NCBI GenBank assembly: GCA_965222615.1
Contig: CBDCUI010000008.1
Span: 704,001-768,000 of the forward strand
Reading direction: 5' to 3'
Length of the DNA stretch: 64,000 bases
Source of the DNA: Gammaproteobacteria bacterium
GTDB taxonomy: Bacteria; Pseudomonadota; Gammaproteobacteria; UBA4575
Within the stretch, counting starts at the first letter, position 1, and each line of letters begins with the position of its first letter. The notes under the pieces are model-generated. The model searched no databases and was not told the origin of the DNA. It was given only the letters and a program-made list of their open reading frames with translations. Shown here one piece after another: positions 46,045 through 54,683 of this stretch. The translations under genes were made by a program, and so were the position numbers.

Positions 46045-46785
46045 ATGGATTCATATGAAAAAAAATACTATGAATATCAAACAAAAGCCAGAGGGTTATT
46101 GGATGAAAATGCATTACAACAATACTTTGAAAAATTATCAAAGTGGTATAAAAGACGTATTGGTCAATATTTACCAGCATCGAAAAATGCAAAATGTTTA
46201 GATGTGCCATGTGGGTATGGAAATATTCTTTATTTTTTAAAATTGAGTGGCTATAAAAATTCTAGTGGTATAGACCTTGATAATAAGCAAGTAGAATTGG
46301 CAAATTTACTTGGTTTATCAGCAACTGTAGCCGATGTTTTTGATGTCTTGCATGAAAAACATGAACACTACGACTTGATAACTTCATTTGATTTTATTGA
46401 GCATCTACAAAAAGATGATGCGTTAAAATTTTTAAAACTATGTTATGAAAGATTAAAACCAGATGGTAGATTGATTCTTCGAACTCCATGTGCAGATGGT
46501 CCATTTGGCGCACATGATGTTTGGAATGATCTCACTCACCAATGGGGCTTAACTTCAAATCTTTTAAAAGCAATTCTTGAAATGCAAGGCTTTGAAAAAG
46601 TCAATATTATTGACGAAAGACCACAGCCTACGAACGTGTTAAATATATTTAGGTGGTTAATATTTTTCCCAAGTAAATTAGTAGCAAGCGCATTTTGCTT
46701 CGGGCTTGGTATGCAACCGCCAAAGATTTGGTCAAGATCAATGATAGCTATAGCTTACAAGCCAATGGAAGTAACAAGTGCTTAA
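46045..46785 (+). CDS. Class I SAM-dependent methyltransferase
   Basis: LDVPCGYG, DFIEHL and LKPDG motifs. Confidence 0.85.
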   Translation: MDSYEKKYYEYQTKARGLLDENALQQYFEKLSKWYKRRIGQYLPASKNAKCLDVPCGYGNILYFLKLSGYKNSSGIDLDNKQVELANLLGLSATVADVFDVLHEKHEHYDLITSFDFIEHLQKDDALKFLKLCYERLKPDGRLILRTPCADGPFGAHDVWNDLTHQWGLTSNLLKAILEMQGFEKVNIIDERPQPTNVLNIFRWLIFFPSKLVASAFCFGLGMQPPKIWSRSMIAIAYKPMEVTSA

Positions 46786-47467
46786 TCATATATTTTCGTA
46801 TAATGAATTTAATAGGGATAAATTTGTTGAAAAAATATCTAAAAAAACTCAAAAGGGCTTAGATATACTCGATGTTGGGGCTGGACCATGTAAATATAAA
46901 CATTTATTTAAGCATTGCAATTATAAAGCACATGATTTTGCACAGTATAATGGAGAAGAGTTTCAATACGGAGAGTTAGATTATATTTCAGATATCAATA
47001 ATATACCTGTTGAAAATGAATCATTTGATGTAATTCTTTGTACTGAGGTCTTGGAACATGTTCCAAGACCAGATCTAGCAATTGCTGAGTTCTCAAGAAT
47101 ACTTAAACCAACGGGCTTGGTAATTTTAACAGCTCCATTGGGCTCGAGTATACATATGGCTCCGTATCACTATTATGGAGGTTTTTCGCCTTTTTGGTAC
47201 CAGTATTTCCTGTCTTTAAATAGTTTCGAAATAGAGTCAATAGAAAAGAACGGAAATTTCTTTAAGTTGTATGGCCAAGAGTCTCAACGATTTCTTGCAA
47301 AGCTGACCCCAAAAAACGCAATTGCTCGTGTGTTATTTTTTCCTTTGAAATTAGTACTTGCAGTTTGGTTTAAGGTGACCATTCCTCTCTTGTGTCATTT
47401 TTTAGATAGTATTGATAAAACAGAAGAAATTACAGCAGGATACTTTGTAGTAGCCAGGAAGCACTAA
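46778..47467 (+). CDS. Class I SAM-dependent methyltransferase
   Basis: LDVGAG, FDVILCTEVLEHV and RILKPTG motifs. Confidence 0.88.
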   Translation: MLNHIFSYNEFNRDKFVEKISKKTQKGLDILDVGAGPCKYKHLFKHCNYKAHDFAQYNGEEFQYGELDYISDINNIPVENESFDVILCTEVLEHVPRPDLAIAEFSRILKPTGLVILTAPLGSSIHMAPYHYYGGFSPFWYQYFLSLNSFEIESIEKNGNFFKLYGQESQRFLAKLTPKNAIARVLFFPLKLVLAVWFKVTIPLLCHFLDSIDKTEEITAGYFVVARKH

Positions 47468-48597
47468 TGCTCCCACAAATAAAAAATTTATTAAAAAAAA
47501 GTGAAACTTTTTCTTCAGTTAATAGTAGTTTTAAATCGTATTTAACTAAGAATAAATATAATGCACTAGTAAAACATTATAATCATTTACAACCAAAAGT
47601 TATTAATTCTAATAGAAAAAAAATAAGTAGGATAGATTATGCTGATGGCCTTAATATTTTATATCTTGGTACTGATGAGCTGCAAGACAAAAGTGGCTTA
47701 TTATCTGCGATAGAAACTCATGGAAATGTGACTTATTTTACAAGAGCCGATGGTAGTTATGGTCAAAATGATCCAGATTTTAAAAGGAAAAGAGAAAATA
47801 ATTCGAAAAGGCTAGATGAACTTTTTGCGGAATTGTGTAGTAAAAACCAAACTCCTAATATTTTAATTGCTCAAACATGGTCTAGTTATATTCAACCAGA
47901 GCTTTTGGGTGAGATAAGTGCCAAGTATGGGACTTATATAATCAATATAGGTATGGATGATAGGCATTTATGGAACATTATAAAGCCGCTTCTACCATAT
48001 ATTGATCTTGCACTTACGGCCGCACCTGAGTGTGTTTCATGGTATGAAAAAGAAGGGTGTAAAGCTATATTTTTTCCAGAAGCAAGTGATCCAGATATAT
48101 TTCACCCAATGCCTGAAGAAACTAAAACAGTCGATGTGAGTTTTGTAGGGGGTTGCTATGGCATTAGAAAAGAAATTGTAAGCGCAATTAAAGACAATGG
48201 AATAAAGATTACAGCCTATGGAAATGGTTGGGAAAATGGAAAAATAGCGATTGATGATGTGCCAAAGCTTTTTGCTCAGTCAAAAGTAATATTAGGTGTA
48301 GGGACAATAGGACATTGTCGTGACTTCTATTCCTTAAAATTACGTGATTTTGATGCGCCTATGTCAGGTAGTTTTTATTTAACGCACGATAATCCAGATT
48401 TATATAATCTGTATGAAGTTGGTTCTGAAATAGCTACTTATAATACAGTTAGTGATTGCGTGAAAAAAATTGAATACTATCTAAAAAATGAAACCGAACG
48501 AGAAAAAATTGCGGTAGCAGGATTACATAGAGCGCTAAAAGAGCACTCCTGGAAAAATAGATTCTCTCTGTTATTTGAAGAATTGTTTCCAAGCTGA
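47467..48597 (+). CDS. Glycosyltransferase, GT-B fold (CgeB-like)
   Basis: DVSFVG, LRDFDAPMSG and EREKIA..G..RALKEHSW motifs. Confidence 0.75.
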   Translation: MLPQIKNLLKKSETFSSVNSSFKSYLTKNKYNALVKHYNHLQPKVINSNRKKISRIDYADGLNILYLGTDELQDKSGLLSAIETHGNVTYFTRADGSYGQNDPDFKRKRENNSKRLDELFAELCSKNQTPNILIAQTWSSYIQPELLGEISAKYGTYIINIGMDDRHLWNIIKPLLPYIDLALTAAPECVSWYEKEGCKAIFFPEASDPDIFHPMPEETKTVDVSFVGGCYGIRKEIVSAIKDNGIKITAYGNGWENGKIAIDDVPKLFAQSKVILGVGTIGHCRDFYSLKLRDFDAPMSGSFYLTHDNPDLYNLYEVGSEIATYNTVSDCVKKIEYYLKNETEREKIAVAGLHRALKEHSWKNRFSLLFEELFPS

Positions 48598-48598
48598 T

Positions 48599-49609
48599 AT
48601 GACTCCAAATTTAATCAATTATTTATGTGATCCGACAGATTATACAGAGCTAAGGTTGCACAATGCTGAGTATGATGATGAGGGACAAATACTTGGTGGT
48701 TATTTAGTTTCATCCTCAGGAAATAAATATTCGATACAGAATGGTATTCCTCGATTTGTCAATAATGAATCCCTGAAAAAAACAGTTAAGTCATTTGGTG
48801 ATGAGTGGAATGTCTTTAATTTTGATATGCATAAACTAAATTGGTTGGAGCATACTGTAAAAAACACATTTGGATCTACTGATGCTTTCAAAGATAAAAT
48901 AGTGATAGATGCTGGAGCAGGGAGTGGAATGCAAAGTAGATGGATTTTTGAATCAGGAGCAAGATATGTAATTGCCTTGGAATTGTCTCATTCAGTAGAC
49001 CAGGTGATGAAAAGTAATTTGAAAGGTTTACTTAAAAATGTCGACATTGTGCAATGTTCAATTGATATGCCACCAATTAAATTAGGAAGTATTGATGGGA
49101 TTGTTTACTGCCATAATGTAATTCAACATACTCCATCAGTATCAAAGACAGCTAAAGCACTTTGGCGGCTAGTAAGTGATGATGGTGAATTAGTTTTTAA
49201 TTGTTATCCAAGAAATGATGAAGGAACATTTAGAAAGTATCGATTACTATTAAATAATAAACTGCGCAGCTTCATGAAGCATAGGACATTTAATTTTATA
49301 CAAAATTATGCGCGCCTGATGTCTATTTTACGGTTTATACCAATTATAGGTGTCGTCTTAGAGAAATCCAACATTATGTTTCGTGGCAATGTTCCCAAAG
49401 GACCTGACTATATTAAGCGTGCCTACTTGTCGGGTGTGCTTAATACGTTTGATTGGTTTGGTTCACATGAATATCAACATTATACAAGCAATGATGAGCT
49501 TGTAGATTTAATAAATAATTTACAACCTAATAAAGAAAAAGTGTTAAATACAAAAGAGTACTTTTCTAGGCCTCAACCGATTGGGATAGCACTTCGCTTG
49601 TTTAAATAG
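48599..49609 (+). CDS. SAM-dependent methyltransferase with Trm112-like N-terminal domain
   Basis: N-terminal LCDP..L..YSIQNGIPRF, then IDAGAGSG and VIQHTP. ATG at 48599. Confidence 0.75.
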   Translation: MTPNLINYLCDPTDYTELRLHNAEYDDEGQILGGYLVSSSGNKYSIQNGIPRFVNNESLKKTVKSFGDEWNVFNFDMHKLNWLEHTVKNTFGSTDAFKDKIVIDAGAGSGMQSRWIFESGARYVIALELSHSVDQVMKSNLKGLLKNVDIVQCSIDMPPIKLGSIDGIVYCHNVIQHTPSVSKTAKALWRLVSDDGELVFNCYPRNDEGTFRKYRLLLNNKLRSFMKHRTFNFIQNYARLMSILRFIPIIGVVLEKSNIMFRGNVPKGPDYIKRAYLSGVLNTFDWFGSHEYQHYTSNDELVDLINNLQPNKEKVLNTKEYFSRPQPIGIALRLFK

Positions 49610-49620
49610 AAAATTTGCTC

Positions 49621-50604
49621 ATGCCTAAGTTAACAATTTTGATGTCTGTATTCAATGGAAGTGAATATGTAGCCGAATCAATAAGTAGTGTGCTACAAAA
49701 TTATAATGAGGGTTATGAATTCATAATAGTTAATGATGGTTCCACGGATAATACATCAAATATTTTAAGTAAATTTCAAAGTAAAATTAAAAATTTACAT
49801 ATAATCAATAAGAAAAATACGGGGCTTGCGCATTCCTTAAACGTGGGTATTCGGGCTTCTAAAGGAGATTATCTTGCAAGAATCGATGCAGATGATATTT
49901 GCTACCCTGAAAGATTTTCAAAACAAATAAAATTTTTAGATGAAAATCCTGAAATATCCTTAGTAGGAAGTAATGCGACCTTAATTGATAGCTCTTCTAG
50001 AATAATTGAAAAATTGACTTTAGGAAAGCTTTATCATAAAGAATGTGTAACACGTCTGGAGGAATTGGATAAATTTTTCCCGCATTCTTCATGGATGATG
50101 CGTAGAGAATGTCATGAAATATTGCATGGATACGATGAGTTTTATAAAAAAGCTCAAGACTATGATTTCTTATATAGACTAGTAGAGAAAAAATTTATCC
50201 ATTGTATGCCTGAATATCTAGTCGGAATTAGAAAAGATAACAGTAGTATGACTTTTAGTAATGACTGTTTGCAATATAAATATGTTCTTAATGCTTATAT
50301 TAGACATGCTTTGCGAAGAGGGTATATTAAACAAAACTTGATTGAGAATGAAAAAGAAAATATACAAGAAATAATTGAAAAATGGTTTGAAAAGGAAAAT
50401 ATTAGAAATAAAGTATTAGCCAATCAACACTTAATGTTGGCAAAATATATGATAAAAACGAGATCTTTTTTTCAATTAATCAGGCATATTAAATTAGCAT
50501 TCCAAGAATACCCATCGTTACTGTTCAATTTCAAAGAAGTCAAAAATATTAGAAGAAACCCAGGCACTCTAGTGAAAAAACTTTTACATGTATACCAACA
50601 ATAA
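49621..50604 (+). CDS. Family 2 glycosyltransferase
   Basis: IVNDGSTD, ARIDADD and AQDYD motifs. Confidence 0.9.
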   Translation: MPKLTILMSVFNGSEYVAESISSVLQNYNEGYEFIIVNDGSTDNTSNILSKFQSKIKNLHIINKKNTGLAHSLNVGIRASKGDYLARIDADDICYPERFSKQIKFLDENPEISLVGSNATLIDSSSRIIEKLTLGKLYHKECVTRLEELDKFFPHSSWMMRRECHEILHGYDEFYKKAQDYDFLYRLVEKKFIHCMPEYLVGIRKDNSSMTFSNDCLQYKYVLNAYIRHALRRGYIKQNLIENEKENIQEIIEKWFEKENIRNKVLANQHLMLAKYMIKTRSFFQLIRHIKLAFQEYPSLLFNFKEVKNIRRNPGTLVKKLLHVYQQ

Positions 50605-50663
50605 TGTTTTAAATTTATTTATGTATTAAAGTGTAAAATTAGTGTTTAGATCAGGTAGTAGGC

Positions 50664-52556
50664 ATGTGTGGAATAGTAGGCTTAATTAGATTTGATGGGG
50701 AAAATATTTGCCATGCAAATTTAAATAAGGCAACTAATGCTCTTAAAAAAAGAGGTCCAGATTATCAAGATATTTGGATAGATAAAAATGTTGGCTTGGG
50801 TCATACAAGGCTGTCAATAATTGATTTATCCGAATCGGCAAATCAACCAATGCATTCTGGTGATGGTAAAAAAACATTAATATTTAATGGTGAAATATAT
50901 AATTTTCAAAGACTTAAAAATGAGCTTGCAGATTCTCAATATCCGTGGAGAACTGAAAGTGACTCAGAAGTTATTTTAGCTGCTTATGAAAAGTGGGGCG
51001 TGGATTGTCTTGAAAAATTTCATGGTATGTTTTCATTTGCTATTTGGGATGCAGTTGAAAATAAATTACTTATAGCTAGAGATAGAATGGGTGTAAAACC
51101 CTTATATTATGCATATAAAAATGGAGTGTTTGTTTTTGCATCTCGTCCTAGGGCAATTTTCTTAGCGAATCCTACTCTTTCAAAATCTATTGATAACCAA
51201 GCACTTAGGCTGTTTTTAGAGGTAGGCTATGCATCTGCACCTCTGTCTATGTTTGCGGATGTTAAAAAATTACCCGCAGCTAATTACATGCTTCTTGAGA
51301 ATGAAAAACTGACGATTAATAGGTATTGGGATTACCGGAATATACCAGTAGAAGAAAGTTGGATACATAGGAAAGAAGAAGACCTGCTTGATGAGTTAGA
51401 TGAGGTTGTGACAAACAGTGTAAAGATGAGATTAATAAGCGATGTGCCGATTGGAACATTTTTGTCTGGGGGTATAGATAGTAGTTTAGTAAGTGCTATT
51501 AGTTCAAAGTTGTTAGATGAACAACTTGAGACTTTCACAATAGGATTCAAGGAAAAAGCCTACGATGAAAGTAAATATGCACAGAGTGTAGCAAACTATC
51601 TAGGGACCAATCATAGATGTGAAACTATGGGTATTAATGAGCTATTAAATCTTATGCCAAATTTTACACAAGAATATGATGAACCATTTTTTGATATTTC
51701 TGCATTTCCAACAATGGCAGTGTCACGGCTTACAAGGAACAATGTAACAGTTTCATTAAGTGGAGACGGTGGTGATGAACTATTCGGTGGTTATTCTTAT
51801 TACAATATGATTGGTAACCTTCAATATTTGTATAAGCTACCTGAAAATATAAAAAACATATTATCTAAATTGATTGGTATATACCCTCATCGTAGTGCAT
51901 TACTATTATCTTCAGTACTTAAAAAAGAAAACTCAATAGAAGCATTTGCATTTACGAAAAGTATTGCAAAAGATTTTAAGGACATTCTTGATAAAGACGT
52001 AATACATGAAACAAAATCTATTTCAGATTATTTTATTGAAACAGCCAAAGTCATTCCAAATACTGTTTCAATAGAGGAGCAATGCATGAGGATAGATGCA
52101 TTTCATACCTTACCTGAACTTTATTTGCAGAAGGTAGATGTTGCTAGTATGGGATATTCTTTGGAATCACGAGAACCACTATTGGACCATTTAGTGGTTG
52201 AATGGGCTATGAAATTACCTACACCCTGGAAAATTAGGGCAAATACGAATAAATATTTATTGAGGAAATTAGCATATCGCTATATACCAGAAAATATATT
52301 AAATAGACCAAAACAAGGATTTGGAGTGCCAATAGATCAATGGTTACAAGGCCCATTAAAAAAATGGGCCAAAAGCTTATTGAATAATCCAACAATATAT
52401 TCTGAATTGCCTATAAATAAGGAAGCCGTAAAAAAGTTATTTGATCTTCTTCAGTCTGGTGAAAAGCATGTATATCCACAACTTTGGGCGGTCTTAGCCC
52501 TTTTGAATTATTTCTGCAATCAGAATGGAATTGAGTATAAGGCTCAAGGTCATTAA
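50664..52556 (+). CDS. asnB: Asparagine synthase-like glutamine amidotransferase (glycan amidation, WbpS-like)
   Basis: MCGI N-terminus; RGPD, LSGGIDSS and SGDGGDELFGGY motifs. Confidence 0.9.
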   Translation: MCGIVGLIRFDGENICHANLNKATNALKKRGPDYQDIWIDKNVGLGHTRLSIIDLSESANQPMHSGDGKKTLIFNGEIYNFQRLKNELADSQYPWRTESDSEVILAAYEKWGVDCLEKFHGMFSFAIWDAVENKLLIARDRMGVKPLYYAYKNGVFVFASRPRAIFLANPTLSKSIDNQALRLFLEVGYASAPLSMFADVKKLPAANYMLLENEKLTINRYWDYRNIPVEESWIHRKEEDLLDELDEVVTNSVKMRLISDVPIGTFLSGGIDSSLVSAISSKLLDEQLETFTIGFKEKAYDESKYAQSVANYLGTNHRCETMGINELLNLMPNFTQEYDEPFFDISAFPTMAVSRLTRNNVTVSLSGDGGDELFGGYSYYNMIGNLQYLYKLPENIKNILSKLIGIYPHRSALLLSSVLKKENSIEAFAFTKSIAKDFKDILDKDVIHETKSISDYFIETAKVIPNTVSIEEQCMRIDAFHTLPELYLQKVDVASMGYSLESREPLLDHLVVEWAMKLPTPWKIRANTNKYLLRKLAYRYIPENILNRPKQGFGVPIDQWLQGPLKKWAKSLLNNPTIYSELPINKEAVKKLFDLLQSGEKHVYPQLWAVLALLNYFCNQNGIEYKAQGH

Positions 52557-52592
52557 TTTGTATCAATAATATTGAATAGCCATGATTACCTT

Positions 52593-53516
52593 ATGAGCAA
52601 TGTTGCAGTTATAGGTGGAAGTGGTTTTATTGGTAAGCATTTATTAGAACTACTCACTAAAAAAGGAATAACAATCAGAGCACTAAGTCACTCAGATACA
52701 AGCAAAGCATATTTTGATGCAAATAGAATTGACTACTTTCAAGGTGATATTTACAACACTGGTTCGTTGAGGCAGCTATGCAAAGATGTAGCTGTTTTGG
52801 TAATTTTAACTCATTTAGATAATTTGCCAAGTAACAATTTAATCAAAAATATTGTACAAATTTGTGTGAAAGGAGGTGTGAAAAGAATAATCTATTGCAG
52901 TAGTGCTGTAATAGTTGGTGATGTTAAAGAAGATGTAATTACAGAGTCAACAATTTGTAATCCTGTTAATAGTTATGAAAAACACAAACTAATTGTTGAA
53001 AGATTACTAACTGAAGAATGTAAAAATAAAATTCAGCTAGCGATATTAAGACCAACGGCAGTTTTTGGAAAGGGCGGTAAAAACTTAATAAAACTTGCTA
53101 ATTCTATTTTGTATGGTAATAAAATAGTTAATTATATTAAATCGTCTATGAACCAAGACAGGAAGATGCACTTAGTTTATATCAGAAATGTCACAGAGGC
53201 ACTATATTTTTTAATAATTTCAAAAGAAAACTTTAGTAGCGAAATATTCATAATTTCAGATGATGACTGTATGTCAAACAACTATAGAGACGTTGAGCTG
53301 CTTTTAACAAAACATTTACTTGGTGTGGATAAGTTAGTACCTAGAATACTAATCCCAAAAATTGTGCTTAAATTAATTTTATTTATTAAATATAAAAGAT
53401 CAGTAAACACTAAAAGGATATATAGCAGTAAAAAAATAGAAAGTCGTGGTTATGAAAAACCAGTAGATTTTCTATTTGGGCTCAAAGCTTTTTCGGATTG
53501 GTATAAACATAAATAG
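52593..53516 (+). CDS. NAD-dependent epimerase/dehydratase
   Basis: GGSGFIG and YEKHK (YxxxK) motifs. Start uncertain (52572 or 52593). Confidence 0.8.
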   Translation: MSNVAVIGGSGFIGKHLLELLTKKGITIRALSHSDTSKAYFDANRIDYFQGDIYNTGSLRQLCKDVAVLVILTHLDNLPSNNLIKNIVQICVKGGVKRIIYCSSAVIVGDVKEDVITESTICNPVNSYEKHKLIVERLLTEECKNKIQLAILRPTAVFGKGGKNLIKLANSILYGNKIVNYIKSSMNQDRKMHLVYIRNVTEALYFLIISKENFSSEIFIISDDDCMSNNYRDVELLLTKHLLGVDKLVPRILIPKIVLKLILFIKYKRSVNTKRIYSSKKIESRGYEKPVDFLFGLKAFSDWYKHK

Positions 53517-53534
53517 AATATTTGGTGTAAACCA

Positions 53535-54674
53535 TTGTTAAAAGTTTTAAACGTAAATTTGTCTATAGATGTAAAAAGTGGCGGGGGTACTGCAGAACGT
53601 ACTTTTCAATTAACTAGGTCATTATCAAAAATAGGTGTCAAGTGTAAATTATTAGCACTTGATTTTGATTATTCAAAAGACAGGCTTGATAAGATAGAAA
53701 ATGTGGAACTTATAACTCTTCCATGTATAAATAGAAGATTTTATATCCCCATTCCCTTAATAAATAAAGTAAAAAATTTAGTAAATGATGTAGATATTAT
53801 TCATATGATTGGCCACTGGACATTATTAAATGTGCTAGTTTATTTAATGGCTAAGCATTATCATAAGCCTTATGTGTTATGTCCTGCCGGTGCACTATCA
53901 TATTTAGGACGTTCTAAAAGATTAAAAGCTATTTATAATTTGGTTGTGGGTCATCGTATTATCCAAAATTCTGCTGCTTGTATTGCAATTACACAAGACG
54001 AAATCTCTGATATTAGTAAATATGGTGTTGACAAATCGAAAATTATTCACTTTCCTAATGGTATAAATGAAAATGAATTCAAGGAAACTAGCGTAATAGA
54101 TTTTCGTCTAAAGTTTGGGTTAGCACCAACTAAAATAATATTGTTTGTTGGTAGATTAAATTTCATAAAAGGGGTCGATTTATTATTTAATGCATTTTGC
54201 AATATTTGTGATCAGATACCAGATTATCAACTTGTAATTGCTGGTCCTGATGAAGGGTTGAAAAAAAATTTAGAGAAAAAAATCTACCAGTACGATTTAG
54301 CTGATCGTATTAAATTAATTGGTTTTTTAAATGCTAAATATAAGGGTAGTGCTTATCAATCTTCAAGTTTATTAGTCATACCATCTCGCAGTGAAGCAAT
54401 GTCTATTGTTGTTCTTGAGGCCGGTATAAATGGAAAGGCAGTATTGATTACAGATAGATGTGGTTTTGATGAGATAAGGCAGGTAAATGGAGGTGAAGTT
54501 GTTGAAGCAAGTGTTACCGGGATTGAAAAGGGACTGTTAAACATATTATCTGATAACAGCAAGCTAAGTACTATGGGGGCAAATTTAAGAAGCTATGTTA
54601 AGCAAAATTATCTATGGGAAAATATTGCTCAAGACCATCTTGATCTTTTTAAAAAAATCGTTCAATTAGATTAA
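53535..54674 (+). CDS. Family 4 glycosyltransferase
   Basis: LFVGRL..KG and PSRSEAMSIVVLEA (EX7E) motifs. Confidence 0.88.
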   Translation: MLKVLNVNLSIDVKSGGGTAERTFQLTRSLSKIGVKCKLLALDFDYSKDRLDKIENVELITLPCINRRFYIPIPLINKVKNLVNDVDIIHMIGHWTLLNVLVYLMAKHYHKPYVLCPAGALSYLGRSKRLKAIYNLVVGHRIIQNSAACIAITQDEISDISKYGVDKSKIIHFPNGINENEFKETSVIDFRLKFGLAPTKIILFVGRLNFIKGVDLLFNAFCNICDQIPDYQLVIAGPDEGLKKNLEKKIYQYDLADRIKLIGFLNAKYKGSAYQSSSLLVIPSRSEAMSIVVLEAGINGKAVLITDRCGFDEIRQVNGGEVVEASVTGIEKGLLNILSDNSKLSTMGANLRSYVKQNYLWENIAQDHLDLFKKIVQLD

Positions 54675-54683
54675 AATTAAATC

